Source of the DNA: Candidatus Gottesmanbacteria bacterium
Lineage (GTDB): Bacteria > Patescibacteriota > Microgenomatia > UBA10105 > UBA927
Direction of reading: 5' to 3'
DNA: 64,000 nucleotides
Assembly (NCBI GenBank): GCA_963714095.1
Contig: OY970230.1
Location: 198,206-262,205 of the forward strand
Of this stretch, positions 40,021-49,954 are shown piece after piece. The notes under the pieces are model-generated. The model worked only from the letters and a program-made list of their open reading frames with translations, was not told the DNA's origin and did not search any database. Position numbers and translations under genes: made by a program. Numbering within the stretch: the first letter of the stretch is position 1; each line of letters begins with the position of its first letter.

Positions 40021-41694
40021 TTAATATTCCTTGCTCAATTGCTCACGAACAACACCACGAATATCGTTTGATATATCCCTCACAATATGTATGTCTCCGA
40101 AATAAGATAATGCGATGATTTGGTCGGTTTTTAATAAAGAATTATGTTTAAATAGATCTATTAACGCGTGAGTGTCCGTAAAATATCCGAAACCCATACC
40201 GTTAACTTCTCGATATCCTTGTTGATTTACCCCCCACAAAAAAGCATCTTTTTGAGACAGCAATGCAGGGGACACTTTACCGCTTTTGTAGTACATGCAC
40301 ATCAGCGTATACCCTATCCCCTGTTGAAACGGTAAATGTTGATTCGGAATCAGATAAAAATTCTCCACGTTACCGGATATATAAAATATCGGGTTTTTGG
40401 GAGGCATAGGTATAATAGTTAAAACCTGTTTAATAACGGATTGGCGTTCCTCTGCAACAACAATCTGGCCTCCGACATCTCGTCTGATGAATTGTATATT
40501 CTTATACAAATATCCAAGGCAAATCAACAAAATTAAAGAAACAACGCTTCGACGTATAAACGCAGACGTTGACTTTAGCTTGCTTAAGAAAATATCCGTA
40601 TAGATACCAAGTAATATTCCCCCTCCCGCCATGCTGAAGTAAAAATATCGGGAATCCAAATAACTTGACCCTCTTATAAGGACGGCATATGGTAAAAAGC
40701 TACAAAGAATCAAAAATGTTCCAGCAAAAATTACATTCCTCTTGTCTTTCAATATAACTGCTGTAATTGCGATACCTATTAATAAAATAATCGAGACGGA
40801 AAGAAATAGCGTATCTGTATAATGAGAAATTAAACCCAACGACGGGCTTATTTTGACAACTAACGGGTAAGGAATAAATACCTGTGAAAAAGAAATAACC
40901 GGATAAAAAATTACATTCTTACTAATTTGTACAACACCACCGGAAGACTGACCGACAAAGGCACCAACTTGCGTCGATGGCTGCATGAATTGGATAATAT
41001 TGACAAAAACGATAATAGAAAAAAATAGTATTAATGGCAAAAACAGTTTGATAATTTTTCGTAATTTCAATTTCCCGCGATTGAGCAACAGAAGCAGTAC
41101 AGGCAAAAAAATAACCAGACTGATACTAAGCTCTTTCAAATAATAGGACATAATCAGGCATAATTGAGCCCAGACAACATATATATTTTTATTTTTCCGT
41201 ATATACATGACGGTCAATAAGATAGAAAACAAACTTAAAAAAGATGATGCAAGCGTAGGTGGACTCGTGGCAAACCAACTTAAGGCCTGAATTCCGTTAT
41301 ACGATGCAACAAAAAACATCCCTGCTACCCATGCGGCAATAAGATTTCCAGTGAGCAGACTGACAATCCCAAATACAAGAATTCCGTTTGCAGCGTGCAT
41401 AATGATAGAAAATAGGGCAAACGGCCATACCTGGAACGGGAAAATACGAAAAAATATGTAAAGGATTGGCACCGTCAGCGGGCGCCCAGTTCCCAATAAA
41501 AGCTGAAACCACGTTTCCCCTTTTAAGTTTCCGCTTAGACCGTTCGATAGGAACAACCCTAATCCAGCCCACTCGTCCTGTTGATAAAACGTTTTGAATA
41601 ATCCGCTGTATGCGGTGATAGTCAATACAAGGGAACACAGAGAAAAAATAATAAAAGATGTCTTTGAAAAACTAGACTGCTTCTTCATAATCAT
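40021..41694 (-). CDS. Polytopic membrane protein (557 aa), candidate GT-C-like
   Basis: About 12 TM segments, with a YQQDEWAGLGLF acidic motif after TM1. Confidence 0.45.
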   Translation of the reverse strand: MIMKKQSSFSKTSFIIFSLCSLVLTITAYSGLFKTFYQQDEWAGLGLFLSNGLSGNLKGETWFQLLLGTGRPLTVPILYIFFRIFPFQVWPFALFSIIMHAANGILVFGIVSLLTGNLIAAWVAGMFFVASYNGIQALSWFATSPPTLASSFLSLFSILLTVMYIRKNKNIYVVWAQLCLIMSYYLKELSISLVIFLPVLLLLLNRGKLKLRKIIKLFLPLILFFSIIVFVNIIQFMQPSTQVGAFVGQSSGGVVQISKNVIFYPVISFSQVFIPYPLVVKISPSLGLISHYTDTLFLSVSIILLIGIAITAVILKDKRNVIFAGTFLILCSFLPYAVLIRGSSYLDSRYFYFSMAGGGILLGIYTDIFLSKLKSTSAFIRRSVVSLILLICLGYLYKNIQFIRRDVGGQIVVAEERQSVIKQVLTIIPMPPKNPIFYISGNVENFYLIPNQHLPFQQGIGYTLMCMYYKSGKVSPALLSQKDAFLWGVNQQGYREVNGMGFGYFTDTHALIDLFKHNSLLKTDQIIALSYFGDIHIVRDISNDIRGVVREQLSKEY

Positions 41695-42709
41695 ATTTTC
41701 CCGAAAGAAAAGATGCGTAATAACGGTAATTCGGATACTTCATGATCATGGGAAATAGTTGTGAGTCTGCTTTTTTCCGTATAACCCGCTGAATATAGGC
41801 ACGTTGATGCATCGTTTTCCCAATTGAACGAATATTCCACCATATTGCCCGATGAATTGCCAACCATAATGAAAATTTACCTCTGAGGAGCATATACCAT
41901 GCCATACAAAGGGACAAAAACAGGTGAAACGGAACTATTTCAAAAATCGCGGGCGTACCAAGATTCTTGGTATAGGAATTAATCCTGTTTTTAAACGAAT
42001 GAAACTGAATAAATGCGTTATTCATGGAACTGCTCGTTGCGCCCATTTTGTGGTAAATAATGGATTTATATGCATACACAATTTTATACCCCGCAAGCCA
42101 CACACGGTGACACATATCAGTTTCCTCAAAATATGCAAAATAATCAGGATCGAATATATTTCCATTAATAGATATCAGGCTCAAAACAGATTTTTTAAAC
42201 ATCATACATGCGCCTTTGGCTGTATAGAGATAAATCTGTTTATCGTATTTCGGCTGGTCTTTTTTTCCGAAACCGTAATGATACAAAAAACCCGTCGGCG
42301 TCAGAAATGCGCCCACACTATCGTATGTATCGGGCCTATCCATAAGAAGAATTTTACTTTGAGCACACGCGATTTTTTTATCGGTTTCCAATATCTCAAC
42401 TAATTCCGTGAGAAACGTTTTCGTCACCCGCGTGTCGTTATTAAGAAACAAAACATATTTCCCTTTCGATTCCCTATACCCGATGTTATTGGCATCTGAG
42501 AAACCAAGATTCTTTTTGTTTATAAGAATTTTAGTTTTGGGGTACTGTTTTTTAACCCAATCCACCGAACCGTCTTTAGAAGCGTTATCAACGAAAATTA
42601 TTTCATAATTTTTATAGTCCTGTTTCGCAAGCGAACCAAAACATTCCGGCAACCACTGTATTCCGTTCCAATTTACTATAATAATAGATACTAACTGATT
42701 GATTTTCAT
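41672..42709 (-). CDS. Glycosyltransferase family 2
   Basis: VSIIIVNWNG...EIIFVDNASKDGS. Confidence 0.75.
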   Translation of the reverse strand: MKINQLVSIIIVNWNGIQWLPECFGSLAKQDYKNYEIIFVDNASKDGSVDWVKKQYPKTKILINKKNLGFSDANNIGYRESKGKYVLFLNNDTRVTKTFLTELVEILETDKKIACAQSKILLMDRPDTYDSVGAFLTPTGFLYHYGFGKKDQPKYDKQIYLYTAKGACMMFKKSVLSLISINGNIFDPDYFAYFEETDMCHRVWLAGYKIVYAYKSIIYHKMGATSSSMNNAFIQFHSFKNRINSYTKNLGTPAIFEIVPFHLFLSLCMAWYMLLRGKFSLWLAIHRAIWWNIRSIGKTMHQRAYIQRVIRKKADSQLFPMIMKYPNYRYYASFLSGKYDYEEAV

Positions 42710-42771
42710 ATAAACGGACCTGTGTTCATTTATTTCTTATTGCAAATGCTAGAATTATATACGTATCAATA

Positions 42772-43587
42772 CTATCTTTTTGTAAATACGAACAATCCGC
42801 ATCCGTAATCCGAATTTGCTAAAATACGCTGAGCTATGTGCTCTCGAAAATTTCCTTGATCATCAACACCAGATAGTTCAACAAGTTGTAAATCTTTAAA
42901 ATAATCAAGTATTTGTTGGGGAGAATGGACCCTGTGGGCATTAAAACATAAACGTGGTTTTCCTACCGGAAGAGAAAAATAGAGTTTACCATGTTTAGAA
43001 AGCACACGAACGAGTTCTTTGCATGCTTTCTTTGTCCCATAAGGATCTAAACGATCACCATATCTGCCCAACCCAATATGTTCAGCAACGTGAAGGCAAG
43101 ATAAGGAATCAATTGAGTTGTCCCTAAACGGCAAATCAAGTATATTACCCTTCTGTGAATCAAGATTATGTAATTTTGCCTGGAGTGGACGTATATCAAT
43201 AAACGTTACTTTAGTGAAAGAAGATAAATGACCAACCAAAAAAATACTTGATCCTATATCATAGTGGTGTTTTACACGGGATTCATAAATTTTTTTACTT
43301 GCCCATGTATCCTGATAAAAATAGTGCTTATCAAAATCTGTTTTTGGTGTCCGGTCATAAATCATAGGATATGTATCAAGTAATGCAAGAGGCTCCGCCC
43401 CTTTCATGGCGGCGTATCGAATCATATCGTAAACGTACCGACCATATCGGGGTATCGAAATAAATAACCTTATTGGATCGATGATAGGATTAATGCTTCG
43501 ATATATAAAGTATTCAACATCAAGACGAACGTTATGGAATTTCTTCATAGGGAGGATTGTATAGTTTTTCCATTTCGTTGTATACAA
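42772..43587 (-). CDS. Putative SAM-dependent methyltransferase
   Basis: Weak class-I MTase pattern (DIGSS...ILDLPFRDNSIDSLSCLHVAEHI). Confidence 0.45.
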   Translation of the reverse strand: MYTTKWKNYTILPMKKFHNVRLDVEYFIYRSINPIIDPIRLFISIPRYGRYVYDMIRYAAMKGAEPLALLDTYPMIYDRTPKTDFDKHYFYQDTWASKKIYESRVKHHYDIGSSIFLVGHLSSFTKVTFIDIRPLQAKLHNLDSQKGNILDLPFRDNSIDSLSCLHVAEHIGLGRYGDRLDPYGTKKACKELVRVLSKHGKLYFSLPVGKPRLCFNAHRVHSPQQILDYFKDLQLVELSGVDDQGNFREHIAQRILANSDYGCGLFVFTKR

Positions 43588-43593
43588 ATCCCT

Positions 43594-44421
43594 TCATAAA
43601 GTTATCCTTCCAACTAAATAGCCAATCCCCAATACTCCCATTTCGCATGACTTCATAAACAACATACCTATTCCAACGAAAGGATTTGTAAATAATAGGC
43701 GAGGTTGAGAGAAAAATAAACCAAAACGGGAATGAATACTTCCCTGCCGCCGTCCATATTGTGCATTAGATTTCTTTTTCAGATATTGCGGCACTCGTTT
43801 ACCGTAATAATATTTCTTACTCAGAGTTTTAATAAGCGATAACCGTCCTTCATTATGGAAGATATATGAGGCAATTCGTCCGATAGAGTCTTTCCCGTAT
43901 CTTTCTTTTAGTCGCTGCGGCAAATCATAGTCTTCCGGTCCTGTAAGTTCTTCATCATAACCGCCGAGTTTAATAAATATATCCTTCCGGTAAAAACGTG
44001 CCGCTTCGATCCATTCAACACCTTCGTAAAAGGATCTCTCCAATGCCTTACAGTCTGACCAAAATCCGGCACCGACCGATCGCTCGGGAATAATAACGGC
44101 AGTGTATTTATTCGTTAGCACTGTTTTAACACACTCCAGAACAATATTGGGTGATAATATCATGTCGGCGTCTACGAAAAGAAGATAGTCTCCTTTTGCC
44201 TTTTTTGCACCAAAATTACGCTGGGCAGACCGTTCCGGCCCCCTATCATAGACCAAAGCATCCAGTTCTTCCGCTATATTTTTTGTCCCGTCTGAAGATG
44301 CATTATCTACAACTATCAATTCAATGAACTGATATGATTGTTTTTGTATACTGGAAAGGCATGCGCGAATATTAGCTTCCTCATTACGCGTTGTAACAAT
44401 GACAGATACGAGTGTTTTCAT
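43594..44421 (-). CDS. Glycosyltransferase family 2
   Basis: MKTLVSVIVTTRNEE...ELIVVDNASSDGT. Start set at the internal ATG, which is preceded by AAGGAAA. The longer ORF to 44670 looks like a spurious extension. Confidence 0.7.
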   Translation of the reverse strand: MKTLVSVIVTTRNEEANIRACLSSIQKQSYQFIELIVVDNASSDGTKNIAEELDALVYDRGPERSAQRNFGAKKAKGDYLLFVDADMILSPNIVLECVKTVLTNKYTAVIIPERSVGAGFWSDCKALERSFYEGVEWIEAARFYRKDIFIKLGGYDEELTGPEDYDLPQRLKERYGKDSIGRIASYIFHNEGRLSLIKTLSKKYYYGKRVPQYLKKKSNAQYGRRQGSIHSRFGLFFSQPRLLFTNPFVGIGMLFMKSCEMGVLGIGYLVGRITL

Positions 44422-44500
44422 AAGTACAATTTCCTTGATTGTATCAAAAGCCGGACATTTCTTCTTGTAAGACATATAGAAGCGTCCTATACTTATCCGC

Positions 44501-45010
44501 ATGAATCGTTCAGGTATTACTTTTGTCTTATTATTCATTCTATTACTGTCCCTTTGCACAACCGTACATGCCACGTCATGCCAAACGATACCAATGGAGC
44601 AAAAAATGTATCTTAAAATTATGGATCTTCGTGATAGGGCAATGATCTTTTTTCTCATGGACCCGCTCAAGAAAATTTCATATAGGCAAAAACGGGCGGA
44701 TGAACTCTATCAACAGGCTTCCCAAACTACCAATCCCTCGCTCACATATGCGGAAGCACTTCGGGCGGAAGATTCAATAACGCAACTTGTGAGTGATATT
44801 CGGTCATTACCAAATACCGAAAAAGTTGATATCGTTAGTTTAGAACAGTCAATGCGGCAGCATCAGCAAATTATTTCTTCAATGAAAACTAATTGTGATT
44901 GGAGCCTGATTAACCAGTTTATTCAAAAAAACAGATTTATTGCAAGACAACTCTATTTTGAACGATTACCGACTGATAAAAACCAGCAGTTATTTAAGGA
45001 AATCCGATAA
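44501..45010 (+). CDS. Secreted protein of unknown function (169 aa)
   Basis: Clear signal peptide (ITFVLLFILLLSLCTTVHA). Plus-strand, inside the AT-rich segment. Confidence 0.45.
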   Translation: MNRSGITFVLLFILLLSLCTTVHATSCQTIPMEQKMYLKIMDLRDRAMIFFLMDPLKKISYRQKRADELYQQASQTTNPSLTYAEALRAEDSITQLVSDIRSLPNTEKVDIVSLEQSMRQHQQIISSMKTNCDWSLINQFIQKNRFIARQLYFERLPTDKNQQLFKEIR

Positions 45011-46979
45011 CACGAATAGAAATATCTTTCCATTGACATGTGCCGAGATTCTGTTGAAATATCCGGATACCCTGAAGTTCCTCTCCTGCAAATTGTTCTA
45101 CTGCGCGTGAATCGGGATAGACATTTAGTTCACCGGCAAAATCCGCCGGTTGTTCAGAAAAACGATACCACGTAGTGCCGTCCGAGGAACCAAAAATATA
45201 CGCACTTGCGATAGGGTACGCACATTCGGGCTTAACAAAGTTAAACTCAATTCTTTTCACCCTGTTTTGCTTTTCCATACGCAATTCCAACAGATCAGAC
45301 GCCTTTTCCGTCACCTCAAACTTCTCATTTCTTTCATGGGTCATATCTACGCCGTGCGCAAGATGCAACGGGTCGTTTTTCCATATATACAGAAGCGGAA
45401 CACCATCAATCTGAACCGTATAAACCGGAGTGAGCATATTACGCAGAAAACGCATCCGGAAAAAATCATTGACGTTCAAACCCGGATATGTCAATTCCAT
45501 TACATATTCTCCTTGTTGCGCATAGAGGTCGGAATTCGTACCCACGAGGACTAAATCGTTCCGAAAATAGACCGTTGGAACCGCCGAAAAAATTGCGGTA
45601 CCGAGAGCTATCTTTGATCCGAGTTCGGCATGAGCATTAATCCAAAGAGCTCCCTGTTTATATGCATTTCCATACGTATTATTTGCGCCATCCAAACCAT
45701 ATTTCATGGCGCCGGGTAATCCTCCGATGAGTGCGTTATAATACACGTTTTCGTTCGGATGTAATTGAACCATTGTATAGATAATCGGTATATATCCCGA
45801 AATCGCAATCAGAATAATGATCTGCCGTATCGCCCGCCTTTTTTGCAATCGCATAACATGTTCAACTGCTACTCCACAAAGGAGTGATAAGGGGATCATA
45901 TACTCCATAATTTGACGCAGGCTGCCGCCATATAAATACTCGAGGGGAATTGTTGCCCGACCTACTGTAACAAAAATCCAAAGTAACCAAAGAAAAACCG
46001 CGCTGCTTTTACCGAAAGCATATTTCCAGCCAATAACACTCCCCGTCAAAAAAAACAGAAGCGTCGGAATTGGCATCGACGTGCATAACACTACTATGGT
46101 ATTCCAGTCTGAACAATGCACGAACCAGGGAATCGTACCAAAATAATATCCGCAGCTATTTGCGGCATTGGATACTCCCAAATAATACTGAATTACCTGG
46201 AATGTCTTCTGAATCGGCGATGACCACAATGCCGGATACGATATGAAAAACATCCCATATGCAATAATCGGAATAACGATACAGGAGGTAATAACTATCC
46301 GCCGGAGCGGTTTTTTCTCCCACCACCTCAGGGATATAAACCACGGAATGAGAATAAATACAGAAAATACTATATTGAACTTGGTCCCGAGGGATAATCC
46401 GAAAAAAATTGCCGAAACGAAAACCGGCCAATATTTTTTGTATTCAACGGCGAACCATAGAAAAAATAGCGCACCTGTATAATATGAAGCAACCAACGGA
46501 TCCTTAATATTAAAATGCTGTTCGGCAAACAACAGCGGCAACGTGATTAAGGAACACACCGAAAAAAAAGACGCTACAGGACCAAAAACCAGATATGACC
46601 AGCATCCGACTAGGACGACCATGAAGAGAGTCATAAGCAAAACATACACTTCATAGCTTTCAATATCTCCGACTAATCCAAATTTACCCCACAGAATTCT
46701 GTTTGTTGCCGCCATCAAAATGTCAGAAAGCGGCGGGTGACCAATAGTCATTTTCGTCGTCCATGCCCAATCTAACGGACTATTCTGGTAATAACTTAAC
46801 CTTTTGGATTTGAGATCAGGCTTGTCAGTTTTACCAGTTTCAAAAAATCGTAAATAGATATTTCCCCGGACCAAATGCTGATACGTGTCCCAATTTACAC
46901 CGTAATCGTAGATGGTTTTAAACGATAATACGGAAAAAACCGCGATAAGGAAGAGTGTCGGAAATATTCGCCATTTCAT
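44994..46979 (-). CDS. Polytopic membrane protein with a C-terminal extracytoplasmic domain, candidate GT-C-like
   Basis: GVNWDTYQHLVRGNIYL motif after TM1 and more than 12 TM segments. Start placed at the ATG that forms an ATGA overlap with the upstream stop. The longest ORF runs to 46997. Confidence 0.45.
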   Translation of the reverse strand: MKWRIFPTLFLIAVFSVLSFKTIYDYGVNWDTYQHLVRGNIYLRFFETGKTDKPDLKSKRLSYYQNSPLDWAWTTKMTIGHPPLSDILMAATNRILWGKFGLVGDIESYEVYVLLMTLFMVVLVGCWSYLVFGPVASFFSVCSLITLPLLFAEQHFNIKDPLVASYYTGALFFLWFAVEYKKYWPVFVSAIFFGLSLGTKFNIVFSVFILIPWFISLRWWEKKPLRRIVITSCIVIPIIAYGMFFISYPALWSSPIQKTFQVIQYYLGVSNAANSCGYYFGTIPWFVHCSDWNTIVVLCTSMPIPTLLFFLTGSVIGWKYAFGKSSAVFLWLLWIFVTVGRATIPLEYLYGGSLRQIMEYMIPLSLLCGVAVEHVMRLQKRRAIRQIIILIAISGYIPIIYTMVQLHPNENVYYNALIGGLPGAMKYGLDGANNTYGNAYKQGALWINAHAELGSKIALGTAIFSAVPTVYFRNDLVLVGTNSDLYAQQGEYVMELTYPGLNVNDFFRMRFLRNMLTPVYTVQIDGVPLLYIWKNDPLHLAHGVDMTHERNEKFEVTEKASDLLELRMEKQNRVKRIEFNFVKPECAYPIASAYIFGSSDGTTWYRFSEQPADFAGELNVYPDSRAVEQFAGEELQGIRIFQQNLGTCQWKDISIRVIGFP

Positions 46980-47680
46980 ATTTTTTGCATACAGCAATAA
47001 ATATTGGTAAACCCCCGTTCCTTTTGATATTCCTCGTCCAATTTTCGCTCAAAAAATCGGGCGAAAAATGGGGATCTGCGGAAAATCCATTTTGATATAT
47101 AAAGATTTAAAATCCAGGCTGTTTCCCACCATGCACCGGCACATTGGATTTTAACAATCTTCATGCCTGACCCCCGGACATACGCGATAATCGAACCTAC
47201 CGTATAATGCCTGTGGCCAGTTAACCAAAACGCCGGATCCAATAACGTGCTAATAATAAACCGGTGCGGCGTAGAAATATAACACGCACCACCCCGTTTC
47301 AGTACGCGGGAAATCTCCCGAAACATTATATATTCCGTTCCTTTTGGAATGTGCTCGAGAACTTCCCACGATACGACTGTATCAAACGAACGTTTTGGAA
47401 AAGGTATTACTGTGGCGCTGCCGACGATAAAATGAATTTTTTTGTCATAAATAGACCGCTTCGCCGTACGAAAATCTTCCTCAGTCAACTCAGTTCCCAC
47501 GATAGATCGGACGTTATTTTTTTTCGCAAATACCTCAAACCACCCATACCCGCAGCCGATATCGAGAACTTTTTTATATGTTATATCACCGATCCGTACA
47601 AAAGAAGCCGTAAAACGCAGACGTTCATGAAGCGGAGCATATGGCGATACCTTGGTGATATTTTTCATACAGGGCGACAA
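46976..47680 (-). CDS. Class I SAM-dependent methyltransferase
   Basis: VLDIGCGYGWF (motif I)...VVSWEVLEHIP. The start codon at 47680 is TTG. An in-frame ATG lies at 47668. Confidence 0.7.
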   Translation of the reverse strand: MSPCMKNITKVSPYAPLHERLRFTASFVRIGDITYKKVLDIGCGYGWFEVFAKKNNVRSIVGTELTEEDFRTAKRSIYDKKIHFIVGSATVIPFPKRSFDTVVSWEVLEHIPKGTEYIMFREISRVLKRGGACYISTPHRFIISTLLDPAFWLTGHRHYTVGSIIAYVRGSGMKIVKIQCAGAWWETAWILNLYISKWIFRRSPFFARFFERKLDEEYQKERGFTNIYCCMQKI

Positions 47681-47720
47681 ATAACTCCTTGCTTATACCT
47701 ATGATTCGCACAAAATACCC

Positions 47721-49031
47721 TTATCGCAGGTTTTGTAATCGGAAAAATGATTCCAATGTTTTTTCTATATATCCGATCATTTGAACTGTAATACCGGGCC
47801 AGACTCCTATCCAAAATCCGTAATTCATAACCGTGTCTGAATTTTTCATAGATCCGGAAATACGTATATCTTTTCTACCGATATAGGCGGGGTGACGAAG
47901 AAGGTTTCCGGCAAACAGATTTCGGGTCCCGATGTTATGTTCCTCCAAATACTTGACCAATTCCAGCCGTGTAAATGGCGCAGTATCTTTGACAACCAGC
48001 ATAAATCCGAACCAGCAGGGGTCAGAGACCGGATCCCACTCGGGCAAAATAAAATATTTCTCATATTTTTTGAAAAAATCATATAGAAGGGTGAAATTTC
48101 TCTTACGCTTTTTTATAAATACGGGAAGTTTTTTTAACTGGGCAACGCCGATAGCCGCCTGAAAATCAGTCAGCTTGAGATTGTAACCGATTTGAGAATA
48201 AATATATTTATGATCGTATCCTTTCGGCAGTTCCCCAAGCTGCCAGCCAAAACGCCGTTTGCATGTATTGTCCTTCCCCGTATCGCACCAGCAATCCCTC
48301 CCCCAATCACGGAACTGACGCAGAGCCTTATGAATCAGAGGATTATTCGTCACAATCGCCCCGCCTTCGCCCATGGTAATCTGATGTGCCGGATAAAAAG
48401 AAAAGGTCCCGATATGGCCAAACGTGCTTAACTTTTTGCCCTGATATGTCGATCCGAGCCCGTCGCAGCAATCCTCAATAAACCATAGATTATACTTCAC
48501 TACGAGCCGCATAATGCCCTCTATGGGCAAAGGATTCCCGAGGGTATGTGCAAGCATGATAACCCTTGTTTTCTTCGTTATAGCCTGTTCTATAGCCTCA
48601 CACGTAGGATTTCTTGTCCCCAAATCAACATCTACGAATACCGGCACGCATTTATTCTGAATAATAGGATTAACGGTCGTCGGAAAGGCACACGCTGCGG
48701 CGATGATTTCATCTCCCGGCTTGAGTGCTTTTTTGCCGAATACGGAAGACGTGAGGGCGGTCAATGCCAGCAAGTTGGCGGAAGATCCGGAATTTACCAG
48801 TGTTACGTATCGTATGCCGAGATACGAAGCAAAATTCTTTTCAAACTTTTTGGCAAACTCCCCCTCCGTCCACCACCCGTCCAGCACTGCTTCCGCACCA
48901 CTGAGCAATTCCTGTTGGTCAAACACTTTCCCGGAAACCGGTACTGAAGACTTTCCGGGTTTAAATGGACGGGTGGAATATTTCTGACGTGCGTATGAAC
49001 GAATTAGCCCTGCAATATTTGCTGGCATCAT
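47721..49031 (-). CDS. ddhC: CDP-6-deoxy-D-xylo-4-hexulose 3-dehydrase (E1, DdhC/RfbH-like), PMP-dependent with a [2Fe-2S] motif
   Basis: DegT-family fold. The active-site position has His (SFYPAHQITMGEGG) instead of Lys. A Cys cluster (DCWCDTGKDNTCKRRF) matches the E1 iron-sulfur motif. Confidence 0.75.
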   Translation of the reverse strand: MMPANIAGLIRSYARQKYSTRPFKPGKSSVPVSGKVFDQQELLSGAEAVLDGWWTEGEFAKKFEKNFASYLGIRYVTLVNSGSSANLLALTALTSSVFGKKALKPGDEIIAAACAFPTTVNPIIQNKCVPVFVDVDLGTRNPTCEAIEQAITKKTRVIMLAHTLGNPLPIEGIMRLVVKYNLWFIEDCCDGLGSTYQGKKLSTFGHIGTFSFYPAHQITMGEGGAIVTNNPLIHKALRQFRDWGRDCWCDTGKDNTCKRRFGWQLGELPKGYDHKYIYSQIGYNLKLTDFQAAIGVAQLKKLPVFIKKRKRNFTLLYDFFKKYEKYFILPEWDPVSDPCWFGFMLVVKDTAPFTRLELVKYLEEHNIGTRNLFAGNLLRHPAYIGRKDIRISGSMKNSDTVMNYGFWIGVWPGITVQMIGYIEKTLESFFRLQNLR

Positions 49032-49954
49032 ATATTTTTCTTCAAAATCGACTGAATTGTTTCTATAATTTGGTTGACAGTCAAACCGTTGGCCTCTCTC
49101 ATATATTCCTGCAAACCCATACCTTTCGTAAACCTATCGGGTACACCGATTCGCCTGAAAGGAATTGCATTACCGTGTTCCGCGAGTATTTCCGATACTG
49201 CGCTTCCTAATCCTCCGATTACACTGTGTTCCTCCAAAGTAAATATCGCTTTCGTGTATTTTGCGGAATCCAAAATCAATTGCTGATCTATGGGTTTTAT
49301 TGTATGCATACTGATCAACCGTCCCTGCATTCCCTGAATGGCAAGTTTCTCAACCACATCTATACCGCGTGCGACAAGCGTTGATGTTGCAATAAGACAA
49401 TAGTCCTTTCCTTTCCTCAGGATAATACCCTTACCAATTTTAAAATGCGGCGGCTTATCATACAAACGAGGTTCTCCGGCTTTCCCGATCCGCAGATAGA
49501 CGGGACCTTTGTGCATCAAGGCGGCCCGCGTCGCTAGCTCCGCCTCTATCGGATCTGCCGGGCAGACTATTGTCATGTTCGGGAGGGTTCGCATTATACC
49601 GATATCTTCCAGACTATGATGTGTATGTCCGTAGGGACCGTATGCGAATCCCGCCCCAACACCGACAATTTTAACATTCAAATTTTGATAGCAAATATCA
49701 TTCCTCACCTGTTCAAAATTCCGCATGGTAACAAACGGAATAATAGAATAGATAATAGGAATTTTTCCCTCAAGCGCCATACCCGCCGCGACCCCTGTCA
49801 TGTTCTGCTCGGCAATCCCCATATTAATATATTGCCGGGGCACCTCATGAATATACTTTTCAAAAACGGAATATCCCAAATCTCCTGTAAGCAGGATGAT
49901 CCGTCTATCTTGTTTTGCCAACTGAAGTATCGTTTTCGTAAATGCTATTCTCAT
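49028..49954 (-). CDS. Transketolase, C-terminal (pyrimidine-binding) subunit
   Basis: GIAEQNMTGVAAGMALEG is the transketolase Pyr-domain signature. ATGA overlap with ddhC. Confidence 0.8.
   Translation of the reverse strand: MRIAFTKTILQLAKQDRRIILLTGDLGYSVFEKYIHEVPRQYINMGIAEQNMTGVAAGMALEGKIPIIYSIIPFVTMRNFEQVRNDICYQNLNVKIVGVGAGFAYGPYGHTHHSLEDIGIMRTLPNMTIVCPADPIEAELATRAALMHKGPVYLRIGKAGEPRLYDKPPHFKIGKGIILRKGKDYCLIATSTLVARGIDVVEKLAIQGMQGRLISMHTIKPIDQQLILDSAKYTKAIFTLEEHSVIGGLGSAVSEILAEHGNAIPFRRIGVPDRFTKGMGLQEYMREANGLTVNQIIETIQSILKKNI

Noticed and set aside
43594-44670. Long N-terminal extension of the GT2 ORF (to 44670) overlapping the plus-strand secreted-protein gene
   Set aside because: The extension has no GT2 similarity and is not protein-like. 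An internal ATG at 44421, preceded by AAGGAAA, yields the canonical MKTLVSVIVTTRNEE start. Similar spurious extensions were trimmed at 16695, 22116, 28726, 33356, 46997, 50796 and 62169. Several of those are TTG codons, or restore an ATGA overlap when trimmed.
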